Source of the DNA: Octopus bimaculoides
Taxonomy: Eukaryota
DNA length: 64,000 nt
Direction of reading: 5' to 3'
NCBI RefSeq assembly: GCF_001194135.2
Contig: NC_069006.1
Location: 17,878,259 to 17,942,258, forward strand
In this document: piece by piece, positions 22,140 to 34,160 of the stretch
How positions within the stretch are numbered: the first letter of the stretch is position 1
How the letters are laid out: each line of letters opens with the position of its first letter
Made by a program: the position numbers and the translations under genes
Notes under the pieces: model-generated
What the model was told of the DNA's origin: nothing
The model's input: the letters and a program-made list of their open reading frames with translations, nothing else
Databases searched by the model: none

Positions 22140-23441
22140 GTGAATTTGGCTAAGAAACATGTACCATGCTTTTGTGAATTATGCCACACCCTAACAGTTG
22201 AGGGAACCCGTGGAAGAGGTAGGCCCAGGAAGACCTGGGCTGAGGTGGTGAGGCAAGACCTTCGTACATTGGGCCTCACCGAGGCGATGACTACGGACCG
22301 AGACCTTTGGAAATGGGCTGTGCGTGAGAAGACCCGGCAAGCCAAGTAAGATCGTTGCCAGTGCCCCTGGACTGGTTCTTGTGCGGGTGGCACATGAGAT
22401 GCACCATTTTGAGCGTGGCCGTTGCCAGTACCGCCTGACTGGCTCCTGTAGGATTTTCGAGCGAGANNNNNNNNNNNNNNNNNNNNNNNNNNNNNNNNNN
22501 NNNNNNNNNNNNNNNNNNNNNNNNNNNNNNNNNNNNNNNNNNNNNNNNNNNNNNNNNNNNNNNNNNNNNNNNNNNNNNNNNNNNNNNNNNNNNNNNNNNN
22601 NNNNNNNNNNNNNNNNNNNNNNNNNNNNNNNNNNNNNNNNNNNNNNNNNNNNNNNNNNNNNNNNNNNNNNNNNNNNNNNNNNNNNNNNNNNNNNNNNNNN
22701 NNNNNNNNNNNNNNNNNNNNNNNNNNNNNNNNNNNNNNNNNNNNNNNNNNNNNNNNNNNNNNNNNNNNNNNNNNNNNNNNNNNNNNNNNNNNNNNNNNNN
22801 NNNNNNNNNNNNNNNNNNNNNNNNNNNNNNNNNNNNNNNNNNNNNNNNNNNNNNNNNNNNNNNNNNNNNNNNNNNNNNNNNNNNNNNNNNNNNNNNNNNN
22901 NNNNNNNNNNNNNNNNNNNNNNNNNNNNNNNNNNNNNNNNNNNNNNNNNNNNNNNNNNNNNNNNNNNNNNNNNNNNNNNNNNNNNNNNNNNNNNNNNNNN
23001 NNNNNNNNNNNNNNNNNNNNNNNNNNNNNNNNNNNNNNNNNNNNNNNNNNNNNNNNNNNNNNNNNNNNNNNNNNNNNNNNNNNNNNNNNNNNNNNNNNNN
23101 NNNNNNNNNNNNNNNNNNNNNACGTAGGTGGCATGTGAAAAAACATTAGAACGCGGTTATTGCCAGTGTCGCCGGACTGGCTCCCGTGCAGATGGCATGT
23201 AAAAAAACACCTTTGAGCATGGTCGCTGCCAGAACCGACTGACTGGCCCTCGTGCTGGTGGTACGTAAAAGCACCCACTACACTCTTGGAGTGGTTGGCG
23301 TTAGGAAGGGCATCCAGCTGTAGAAACTCTGCCAAATCAGATTGGAGCCTGGTGCAGCCATCTGGTTCACCAGTCCTCAGTCAAACTGTCCAACCCATGC
23401 CAGCATGGAACACAGATATTAAACGATGGCGACGATGATGA
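22140..23441 (+). mobile_element. 3' portion of RTE-clade LINE (source of family E): ORF C-terminus, repetitive 3' UTR, (GAT)n tail; gap inside
   Basis: ORF 22140-22349 VEGTRGRGRPRKTWAEVVRQDLRTLGLTEAMTTDRDLWKWAV matches the RTE C-terminal GRPRKTW..DL..DR..W; tail AAACGATGGCGACGATGATG. Confidence 0.88.
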
Positions 23442-23459
23442 TATATATATACATATATA

Positions 23460-23665
23460 CAAGGAGGTACTGAAAAGTTCCTGACTTTAAGTGTGTTGTG
23501 AAAGTCCTTGTTGGAAGCCCAAACTTCCAAGTTCTTTTACAGGGCTTAGAAAAACTGATGGGCCACTGCAATAAGTGCGTGAATCTGGGTGAGGAATATG
23601 TTGAATAAAATCATAATTAACAGATCCTCTTTACCCAAAGTCAGGAACTTTACAGCACCCTTTCA
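23460..23665. mobile_element. mariner-type MITE, family J
   Basis: TA-flanked; TIRs GGTACTGAAAAGTTCCTGACTTT / AAAGTCAGGAACTTTACAGCACC. Confidence 0.85.
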
Positions 23666-24095
23666 TATGTAGTTGGGAGCAGGTATAGACCTCCTTTCTA
23701 CTCTCCCACACTTTGACCTAGTGGCACTATGCAAAGTGTGACATGTAGAGAGAGAGAAACAGTTTGTATTCATTTTAATTACAGTGTGTCATCCTCCCCC
23801 ATGCCCAACCAGTGTGTCATTTTTATGGCGCTGTAGTGCTTATTAAAACATCAACACCAAGTTGCATTGTTGGGCCCTGACAAAGCAGTTTCAGAACTGA
23901 AAGCAAATATTTCTTGTTTTGTGTACAGGAGTGCAGAGGTGAGACAGAAATGTCTTCCACTTCTGTCTGCTTTGATCAAAAACTGCTTGATTTAAAATCA
24001 GCAATAAGGTAAAAACTGATGTTGTGTTTGTTGTTCGTGAACTGTTTGGTCTGTTTGTGGAATTTAATGAAAGATGGCTGCCTTTTCTCTCTCTT

Positions 24096-24132
<37 letters not shown>

Positions 24133-24279
24133 TAGAGAGGTACATTTATTCACACACACATAACACACCCACACGTGTGTTTCTATTTATATAGATATGT
24201 GTGTGCATTTATGTATATATAAATATATAAATGTATGTATACATACATACACACTTATGCTCTCTTTATATATATCTAA

Positions 24280-24310
<31 letters not shown>

Positions 24311-24328
24311 TACACCCATGTATATACA

Positions 24329-24368
<40 letters not shown>

Positions 24369-24522
24369 CACACCATATCTATCTATGTAAATGCATATAT
24401 GTTGTGTGTATATAAGTATATGCATAAACAGACACACGCTCACACACTCATCATTCTCTCTCTTTCTTTCCCTCTTCTCTCACTAGTTCTCTCTTTCTTT
24501 TTCCCTCCTCTTTCTCTCTCTC

Positions 24523-24649
<127 letters not shown>

Positions 24650-25049
24650 TAGTTATTAGTTATTAAGTTACAGCTGCAGGCAATATTTTAGATATTATTA
24701 TCTACCAAATGTTTAGCTAAGTCTTCATTTAAAAGCTTTTTCAATTCAATTACAAAGCCCCTATGGCTTTGTTCTGTCAAAGGATTGATGTTTAATTAGC
24801 GACAACAAATTATGTCTGGCTTCTGACAAGCGGCTTTATTTGAATTTTCGTTTTCTTTACATTTTCTTAGGTTGTCTAGGTCTGCCAATGTAGACATTCC
24901 TTAATTCTTTATCTCTGTCATTTATTAACATTTCAGTCGCCAGTTTGTTGTAGACTGTTCACATTCAGATTATTTTGATACCCAGTCAGATATGCACATT
25001 TATTATTATTCATTGCTTATGCAGAGCTCTTGACTGCAGTCAGTGTGTG

Positions 25050-25455
25050 AACCCCTCAAGCTTGACCTCAATTTCTGTGTGGTTCCTTTGACCTTCATCT
25101 CAGTCTGTGCGTGGACCCCTTGACCGTGACCTCATTCTATGTCGATCACTTGATCTTCACTTTAATCTGTGTATGGCCCTTGACCTAAATCTGTGTGTGG
25201 ACCCCCTCAACCTTGACCTCAATCTGTGTGTGGATCCCTCAATCTCAACCTCAATCTGTATGTGTAGCTTTCGACCTCAGCCCCAAACCATGTGCAGCTA
25301 ATAACCTTAATCCGCTCCCTGTGCACAGCTCACAACCCTCGTCCCCCAACTGTATGGAGATCACAACCCCCAGTCCCTAACTGTGTGGCATTCACAACCT
25401 CAGCCCCTTAACTGTGTGAAGATCACAACTTCAGCCCCTAAATGTGTGACACAAA
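25050..25455. repeat. Degenerate minisatellite in two phases (GTGTGGACCCC..TGACCTCAATCT, then 30-bp AACTGTGTG..ATCACAACCTCAGCCCCT)
   Basis: Visible recurring units. Confidence 0.75.
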
Positions 25456-25671
25456 CTGAGCACCACCACCATCTCTGCTTCTCTAAATTTATTTGAAATA
25501 TCTTCATTGATGTTTTACATCCAATTTCCTGTCTGAGAAATGTCCAGCTGTACAAAGTTAATTTTACAGAACTGTACACATTTAAGACCATTTCGTAATA
25601 GTGTGGCTCTCTGCTCAGCTCTCTTTCTCTCTCTCTCTCTCTTATATTGTAGTAGCTGTGCCATATTAACT

Positions 25672-25876
25672 ATCTTTTCTTACTTTCATTCATTTCAGTC
25701 AGTTGACTGTGGCCATGCTGGAGCACTGCCTTTAGTCGACCCCAGGGCTTATTCTTTGTAAGCTTAGTATTCTATCAGTCTCTTTTGCCGAACTGCTATG
25801 TTACAGGGACGTAAGCACACCAGCAATAGTTGTCAAGCAATGTTGGGGGACAAAAACACTCACACACAAACACATG

Positions 25877-25917
<41 letters not shown>

Positions 25918-26047
25918 GACGGGTTTCTCTCAGTTTCCATCTACCAAATCCACTCACAAGGCTTTGGTCGGCCCGAGGCTATAGTAGAAGACACTTGCCC
26001 AACCATGTGGTTGGTACGCAAGCTACTTACAACACAGCCACTCCTGC
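25672..26047 (-). mobile_element. SINE family A, near full length
   Basis: Tail, internal (CA)/(TA)n and head all present in antisense. Confidence 0.85.
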
Positions 26048-26299
26048 ACCTATCTATAACCATTTCACTTGAAATTATATTGTAATAGCAAATATTTACT
26101 TCACACTATTTCTATGACACTCTCATCAGTTTACTTTTCAATTAAACATTGCTCTCTTCTCTTCCTCTAAGACATTCCTCAAATACTTTCATCAGCTCCA
26201 CCATAAATGCAATTCACCCAACCTCATTTGGATTGTCTGGTTCACCTGATGTACGCCATTTGTCTGAGTCAAGCATCTTGAAATAAGACTTTTGATCCA

Positions 26300-26605
26300 T
26301 TTGTTGTTGATCCATTTGTGGTTGACCAAAGACTTGTGAGTAGATTTATTAGATGGAAATTTAAAAAAGCCCATCACATATGTATATATGTGTGTCTTTG
26401 TGTCTGTGTTTGTCCCCCACTACTGCTTGACAACCAGTGTTGGTTTGTTTACATTCCAATAACTTAGTAGTTCAACAAAAGCAACCAATAGAATAATTAC
26501 CAGGCTTAAAAAAAAAAGAAAATGTACTGGGGTCAATTTGTTTGACTAAAAAAAACTCTTCAAGGCTGCAGTCCAATGACTGAAACAAGTGAAAGATAAA
26601 AGATT
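26300..26605 (+). mobile_element. SINE family A, 5'-truncated
   Basis: GACCAAAGACTTGTGAGTAGATTT ... GACTGAAACAAGTGAAAGATAAAAGA. Confidence 0.8.
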
Positions 26606-28355
26606 ATTCTGAATTAGTCATGCACTATCTTGTAGCTCTGAGATTTCAATGATGTGATTGTATACTTTTAGAAATGACATAGTAGGTAGGTGTAAGAGGC
26701 CTGATCTAGCCAGTTTGAGTATAGAACATGTGGAATATTTGGGCCTGAAATGTCTTGTACAAATGCCAAAGAGTTATGCAAAGGTCATCTAAATTAAAAC
26801 CCTAATCAAAGAATTTTAATTGTTTTTTTTCTTCTTTTTGTTTTGACTTAATTCTTTACCAAAACACACCGTAGCCCCACACCCGGTCCCCTTCCTTTCC
26901 AGTAAACCCTTTTGGTGCATATAGAACTAAAAATCATTTATTTCCAAGTGCAAAATCTTTTCTCTTCCTTCTGTACTGTACGTCACTCCTTCTCACCCAC
27001 CCCCGCACTCTGCTTCCACTTAAGCTGAAGAGGAGGCACTCATTTTTCATTTTTTAAAATTGTGTTTACAGCTCACCACTCCAGTTCCTGTTTTGAGCAT
27101 AGACAAATAGCATTTGTTTTTGATTCCTGTTGGTATTTTTAATCTGCTAATACATCTATTATTATTATTATTATTATTATTATTACTACTACTACTATTA
27201 CTACTACTTGATTATTTCAAGTACTCACAGCTCTTAGGAAGTCTTACTATCAAAAAAGATATCTCAGCTGTTGNNNNNNNNNNNNNNNNNNNNNNNNNNN
27301 NNNNNNNNNNNNNNNNNNNNNNNNNNNNNNNNNNNNNNNNNNNNNNNNNNNNNNNNNNNNNNNNNNNNNNNNNNNNNNNNNNNNNNNNNNNNNNNNNNNN
27401 NNNNNNNNNNNNNNNNNNNNNNNNNNNNNNNNNNNNNNNNNNNNNNNNNNNNNNNNNNNNNNNNNNNNNNNNNNNNNNNNNNNNNNNNNNNNNNNNNNNN
27501 NNNNNNNNNNNNNNNNNNNNNNNNNNNNNNNNNNNNNNNNNNNNNNNNNNNNNNNNNNNNNNNNNNNNNNNNNNNNNNNNNNNNNNNNNNNNNNNNNNNN
27601 NNNNNNNNNNNNNNNNNNNNNNNNNNNNNNNNNNNNNNNNNNNNNNNNNNNNNNNNNNNNNNNNNNNNNNNNNNNNNNNATATATATATATATATATATA
27701 CACACACAGACACATACATACATCCGTGTGTGTAAATATATACTCAGACACACGCACATTCATCATTTGTGTCTCCTCCCTCCCTTCCAGATCAGATCAT
27801 ATAATGGACCCAATCACAGCAATATAGTTTTGCAAAGTATCTGTGCTTGATTCCAGCGTTTTACACACACACGTGTACGCACGTCAGTGCATGCACTTAT
27901 GTTATTATTGATTAATTAATTAATAATAAAGACAACCGATGTCTGTTTTTATAGGCAGAACGAACCTCCCAAAATACAATGTAATGTATTATGTATATAT
28001 GTATGTACATACCTAACATACATGCTTGTGCATGTCTAATGCCTGTAGGCGGTGGAGAGAAAGAAGAAAAAAAAATCCAGAATATTTATTAGATATTCCT
28101 TAATACAAGAAACTGACAGATTTGTTGAAATATAATGTTCTACAGAAATTCCTGCCGGCACTGCTGTCATCATCACCATCATCATCTTTGCTATTATGGT
28201 AATCTTCACTCATTCACTCACTCACTTCGTTCATCAAGCTCTGTAACCCTGTAGTGTTGCCTGCTGTGGGAGTCTCTGTGGTCTCTCTTCCACTTATTAC
28301 CCACTCCCAGCTGACAATCAGCTCTGTGCTCCCCCCCCCATCCCCTGCCATCATT

Positions 28356-28389
<34 letters not shown>

Positions 28390-29078
28390 GTATTGTCAAC
28401 ATGCCCCCCCCCCTCTTTTTCTTTTTTGCTTCTTTCATATTCATTGAATAGCCAAAAACTAATGTTTTCTCTGCACAGCTGTCTCTCCAACTTCTTAAAG
28501 CAGCTACCTACCTCCTTCTGTACACTACCTACCCTACATACCTACTGGAACCCAAACAGCCCTTTACACTAAGTAGTATAGAACACACTGTCCTCACTGA
28601 CATACTTCTGCCCCAGTTTTCTCTCCCAGTTCTCCTATTAACCTAAATTATTACCTTTCTCTGTCCCTGATGTACTCATTAATTTAGCTAACTCTTCTGA
28701 ACTTTAAAATTATCTGGTGACCTCTGTTCCAATTATTTATCATAATGACCTTCATTGATTTGGACTTAGTAAATCCCTAAGTGTAAAACCTTCAGTCATT
28801 TGACCTTTGTCCCATTTCCTATAACAGTCCACACTGACATGTTAAAATCCTCCTGGATCTGACATCCATCTCAGCCCCTCCCTTCAATGGTATACACTCA
28901 GGAGGACTTAATACTCCCAGGGCAAAACCCTCACTGACCTCTGTCCCTGTCCTTATAACAGTTCACCCTTACATGGACTTCAATAAGACCACAGTGTGAA
29001 ACACTCAGTTGTAGTTGGTTGGTACTTTATTTTATTGATCCCAGAGAGGGGCAAACAACAATGTTGACTTCAGTGTGA

Positions 29079-29300
29079 TTTAACTCTTTCACATTTGGAT
29101 TACTCTGTCAAATATAATGACTATTTATTCACATTGTTTTGAATTAATCAAGTATTATCTCGTAGCTTTGAGATTTTCATCATGTGATTTGTTTACTTTT
29201 AGTATGACATTGTAGGGTTGATGTGAGGGATCTAGACAGTTTTGAATATAAAGCAGGTAGAATATTTAAGTCTGATATGGTCAGTTTAAATGCTAAAGGA
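29079..29300. mobile_element. piggyBac-like MITE, family H
   Basis: TTAACTCTTT at left, AATGCTAAAGGATAA at right; body matches 48554-48773. Confidence 0.75.
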
Positions 29301-29454
29301 TAAATGCATAAAGTAATAAGTTTGGAAGCAACACCATGAGGTATTTTGTCAGCTGCTCTAGCAATTCTGCCAGTCCGTGAAGGATTTCTAACTGAGGCGT
29401 GAATTCACTATTTTTGGAGAGCATGGTTACAGTCAATAATGATAATAGCAATAA

Positions 29455-29895
29455 CCCTTTTCCTTTCTGTTATAAGCACAAGGCCTGAAATTATGGGGAA
29501 GGGGCCTAGTCAATTACATGGACCCCAATGTTTCACTGGTACTTATTTTATTGAACCTGGAAGGATGAAAGGCTAAGTCAACCTCAGAATTTGAACTCAG
29601 AGCATTGAGACAGATGAAATGCCGGTAAGCATTTCACCTGGCATGCTAATGATTCTGTCAGCTTGCATCATCATCACCATCATCGTTTAACGTCCACTTT
29701 CCATGCTAGCATGGGTTGGACGATTTGACTGAGGACTGGTGAAACCAGACGGCTACACCAGGCTCCAATCTGATTTGGCAGAGTTTCTACAGTTGGATGC
29801 CCTTCCTAACGCCAACCACTCAGAGAGTGTGTAGTGGGTGCTTTTACGTGCCACCGGCACGAAGGCCAGTCAGGCGGTACTGGCAACGGCCACGC
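29455..29895 (-). mobile_element. Family D SINE followed by family E RTE 3' fragment, both antisense
   Basis: D 29455-29665; (CAT)n-GTTTAACGTCC...GCCAGTCAGGCGGTACTGGC E 29666-29895. Confidence 0.85.
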
Positions 29896-30652
29896 ACCGT
29901 AATAATTATAAGAAGAAGAAGAATCATGATGATGATGGTTTATTTTAGTGAAATAAAAGTGGGGGTTGGAGGACATTACAATGGCAAATAACACAAAGGC
30001 AGTGTGTGAGTTATATTGATTGTGGAAAATCAGCCTGAAAAATTACCAATAGAAACTATTACAATCGACTGAAATGGGTCTAATCAGGAAACATCTCAAT
30101 GCTCAGTCAGAGAACAACCCTATGTTGTTTTGTATATCTCAGACTGCCCTCACTACCAAAGCACGGTCTCATGACCTCCAGGCTTATATTTCAGAGCAGG
30201 CCCCCATTCAATTCACACAAGCCGTGCTCTCTAGCCTTCTCGTTTTCCTCTTTAAGTGGTACTCGAAGTAATTGATGAAGGCTTGGCTGAAGAGGAAAAA
30301 GCACTGTCCTTAGTCCTCTGTGTTGTGTTGCTCACTCACAACACAACCTCTTAATGCAGTCTATTTGAATGAATTATAGGTTCATGTTTCATCAGTGCTG
30401 ACATCACCATCCTACCAACCCCGTCTCCGTTCGCATTGCTCACATCTTTCTCGAGTGTCTTGCATTCTTCATTAATATTAGTATGTCATAAAAGACATCA
30501 GTGCCCTTACTGAACAGTAGTGCAACCTCTCTCTTGCATCCTTCTCAGCATATTTCAGAGGTCTTGTAAAAGTGCCACTTGTATACGTGGTACATTGTGT
30601 GTGTGTTCTGGCAAAGGGAGAAGGAGTGGTATATATATATATATATTATTAT

Positions 30653-30689
<37 letters not shown>

Positions 30690-31069
30690 ATATATAATTT
30701 TTACTGCCTACCTACCAAACCATTTCTCTGTAAGTGGGGTGGGCTTGTGAAGGTAGTTGTAATGAGGTGTTATGCATAACATTACCAAATTACTAGAATT
30801 TCTCACCAGTCTTTCATTATAATGTCAACAATTTTAGGGAGAGAATCACAAGCAATGTGGGAAAAGAGGTATTTGCTACAAGCTGCTTACTTAACCTCAG
30901 CTGTTTTCTGGGGCTAAACCCTGCTTGCCTGCCTGTTGTCTTTCTCTATATGTATGTGGTATAGGAATACTTGTATCTGTTTAATGCAGACTGTCAGAAA
31001 AAAAAAAAAGAGTACTCAGTACCATAAAAGAGATTAATGATATACTTTATTCGGGTGGAGTTAGACTTG

Positions 31070-31170
31070 TGCTACTCTGAGTTTTACCTGTGGGCGCACA
31101 GAATCTTCAGGCATGTAGTCATAATTTGACTGAAGATTCTGTGCACCCACAAGTGAAACTCAGAGTAGCA
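31070..31170. other. Long hairpin: 41-bp arms, 3 mismatches, 19-nt loop
   Basis: TGCTACTCTGAGTTTTACCTGTGGGCGCACAGAATCTTCAG (31070-31110) pairs with CTGAAGATTCTGTGCACCCACAAGTGAAACTCAGAGTAGCA (31130-31170). Confidence 0.95.
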
Positions 31171-31234
31171 AGAGCCTGACTTTACAAAATAGTGTGTGTA
31201 CAGCCTTAGGGCTGAAACATGTTAAAGAATAAAA

Positions 31235-31270
<36 letters not shown>

Positions 31271-31621
31271 GACTGATAGAATAAATGTCAGATTTTAAAG
31301 AAAAAAAATAAGTACTGGGGGTCGATGTGTTTGAAATCTTTCAAGGCAGTTCCCCAGCATGGCCACAGTTCAGTGACTGAAGCAAGTAGCAGAAAATAAA
31401 GATAAACATTCTACACACACTTAGATACACGTATCTCCACACACACACACACACTTTCTCTCTCTCTCGCTCTCTCTCTCTCCCATATATACCAGCTGCT
31501 GACCTTAGATATTAAACCACCATCAGTGTAATCTTGCCTTTTTAGCTGTTGATTTATGGTTATTTGCAAGAAATGCATACAGCTGGCTATTAAATATTAG
31601 CATCTTTATTTTGTCATTGCC

Positions 31622-31850
31622 ACATGTCTCAGAGGAAACGGTCTTGTATTACACCGACCTTCCAAAGGAAACGGTTTTGTCTTATACCAACCTTTTACAG
31701 GAAATAGTTTTGTCTTACACTTACCTTCTTCATGAAACTTTTATGTTACACCAACCGTGCATAGGATTTAGTTTTATACTGCATCGACCTTGCAAAAGAA
31801 ATGATTTTGTCTTATACCAAACAATGCACAACTTAAAGTTTTTGAAAGTT
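31622..31850. repeat. Degenerate minisatellite, about 33-bp unit
   Basis: GAAACGGTTTTGTCTTATACCAACCTT-like unit repeated. Confidence 0.75.
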
Positions 31851-31904
31851 TCTGCAAATACTACGCATCAGTTTTGGTGATCTTTTATACCAGACCTCAC
31901 ATAT

Positions 31905-32560
31905 TATAGGCACAGGTATGGCTATGTGGTAAGAAGTTTGTTTCCCAACCACATAATTCCAAGTTCAGTCCCACTGCATGGCATCTTCGGTCAGTGTCTT
32001 CTACTATAACCTTGGACCAACCAAACTGAGAGTATCCTGTCATATTACGTGCAGGCATGACTGTGTGGTAAGAAGTTACTTCCTATCTGCACCATTCTGG
32101 GTTCAATTCCACTGTGTGGCAATTTGGGCTGACCAAAGCCTTGAATGGATTTGGTAGATGGAAACTGAGAGAAGCTCATCATACATATAGATATAGATAT
32201 GTTTGTGTGTTTGTGTCCTGCCATCACTTTTCATGAAAAGACACGGAGGGACAAAAAATTTGACCATATTTATTTATCTTCTGTCCTTTACTTGTTTCAG
32301 TCATTAGACTGTGGCCATGCTAGGGCATCACCTAGAAAACTTTTTAATCAAGTGAATCAACCGCAGTACTTATTTAGTTTTTTAGGCCTGGTATATATTC
32401 TATTAATCTCTTTGCCAGACCACTAAATTACAGTGACATAACACACATACACACACATAACTAGCTGCTTGCCCAAGGTGTCACACAGTGAGACTTGAAT
32501 CCACACTCATGTGGTTGGGGAATAAACTTCTTACCACACCGGTGCCATATTTATTTTATT
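31905..32560. mobile_element. Cluster of family A SINEs (two sense heads, then one antisense copy)
   Basis: Heads at about 31912 and 32052; antisense tail-to-head at about 32270-32545. Confidence 0.8.
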
Positions 32561-33334
32561 TTATTTACTTTGGTGGTAGGTGGCACTTGGTTTTGATCAG
32601 TTTGAGAACTACTGTTCTGGATCACTTTTTAAAAAAGCCATTCAATTGATTGGCAAAAGACTCACTCTTGGACACATTGTGACCACTGGACAACTGATCT
32701 GTTAGTGTCTTCTTCTCTTTGCTTCTTCTGCCATTATACTAGAGCAGCCTCTGCTCTTCTGAACTAGCAAGATGCCTACTAACTCCCCCCCTCTCTCCTT
32801 GACCATCCAGTGCATCCTCTCATCATCCTTATGATGTTTAATTCTCACCCAAACCCAGCCCTTCCTCCCCACCACAATGCAGGCCACTGAAATTCAAACT
32901 CCACTCCATTGCCCCCACATTGACCTATGAGGCTACTAAAAGAGGTCGTGAGTACTATTCTCTCCTTTTCTTCTCTCTTACTAATTAATATAAAGAAGAA
33001 AGGCAACTTCTTCCTCCTCACTAATTAATATAAAGAAGCAAAGAAACTCACCCTCCTCCTCTTCTCTAATTAATGTAAAGAAAAAAAGGAAACCCTTGCT
33101 AGCAAATGCTTCTCATTTGTCTTTGTTAACGCTAATTACTTCCATTGTATACAGCCTTTCTACATATATGCACTTTCTTTCTTCTCTCTTCTTTCTCTCT
33201 TTCTCCTTATCTCTCTCTCTCTCTCTCTCTCTCTCGCCATACTCTCTCCCTTCTCTTTCCTCTTTGCTCTCTTTCCTTATATCTTTCTGTCTCTCTTCCC
33301 TACTTTCAGCCAAACTCCTTCCATAGTTGTCTGA

Positions 33335-33820
33335 ACCCCTTTGCCATTTAAACTGGCCTTATTGAGCCCAAGATATTCTGTTTTGTTTTTTATGTTCAAA
33401 ACAACCAGATCCGGCCTCTCAAACCTACCTTACAATGTCATTCTAAAAATAAACAATTGCATCAACAAAATCATTGACACAGCAGTTGTGGGTTGGAAGA
33501 GTCCTTGTGACAGGCCCCGCACCAGATAGCTGGACGTGATTCTGGAAGATCTCCAGGAGCTTCACGTTATTTTGGAGGACGCAGAGGGGCTGGCACAGGA
33601 CTGCCATTGATGGAGAGCACTAGTGGACCTGGTCAGCTCTATGCATGATGATGTCTCTGGGACCACTAACCTGGGATGACCCCAGCCCCGCCAAGCAAGA
33701 GCATGAAGCCAAACCAAGTCCTCAAAATCTCAAAGCTATGGGATAATGCATGATTAATTCAAAACAATGTGAATAAATAAGCAATACATTTGACAGAGCA
33801 ATCTGAATGCTTAAAGGTCA
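33335..33820. mobile_element. Family H MITE split by a nested RTE 3' fragment
   Basis: H sequence stops at CAAAATC (about 33470) and resumes at CAAAATCTCAAAGC (about 33723). Confidence 0.75.
33475..33722 (+). mobile_element. 5'-truncated RTE-clade LINE end (distinct lineage, CCAAGTC tail)
   Basis: Reads VGWKSPCDRPRTR*LDVILEDLQEL..LEDAEGLAQDCH*WRALV, the RTE C-terminal GW.RP.GRPRTRW..DL..AQDR..WR motif. Confidence 0.8.
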
Positions 33821-33974
33821 TGGCCCCAGTATTTATTTTTCATCTCAAAGTCTGCTACCTATTTTATTGGTCTCTTTTTGCCAAACCACTAACTTATGAG
33901 GATGTAAACAAACTGACAGCAATTGTCAATCAGTGGTGGGGGACAAAGACACACACAGATATGTGTGTGTGTGT

Positions 33975-34160
33975 AGACACATGGCTTGGAGGTTAGGAGT
34001 GTTTCACTCACAATAATGAAATCGTGGTTTCAATTCTCAGACTCGCTTCGTGTTTTGTTCTTGACCAAGACACTTCATTTCGTGTTGCTCCTGTCCTCTC
34101 AGCTGTATATGAGTAACCCTGTGGTGGATAGCCTTCTGATCTGGGAAAATGTTGGCCTGC
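33975..34160 (+). mobile_element. SINE family B, diverged
   Basis: CATGGCTTGGAGGTTAGG head, GTTTCAATTC B box, TTGACCAAGACACTTCATTTC core. Confidence 0.7.
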
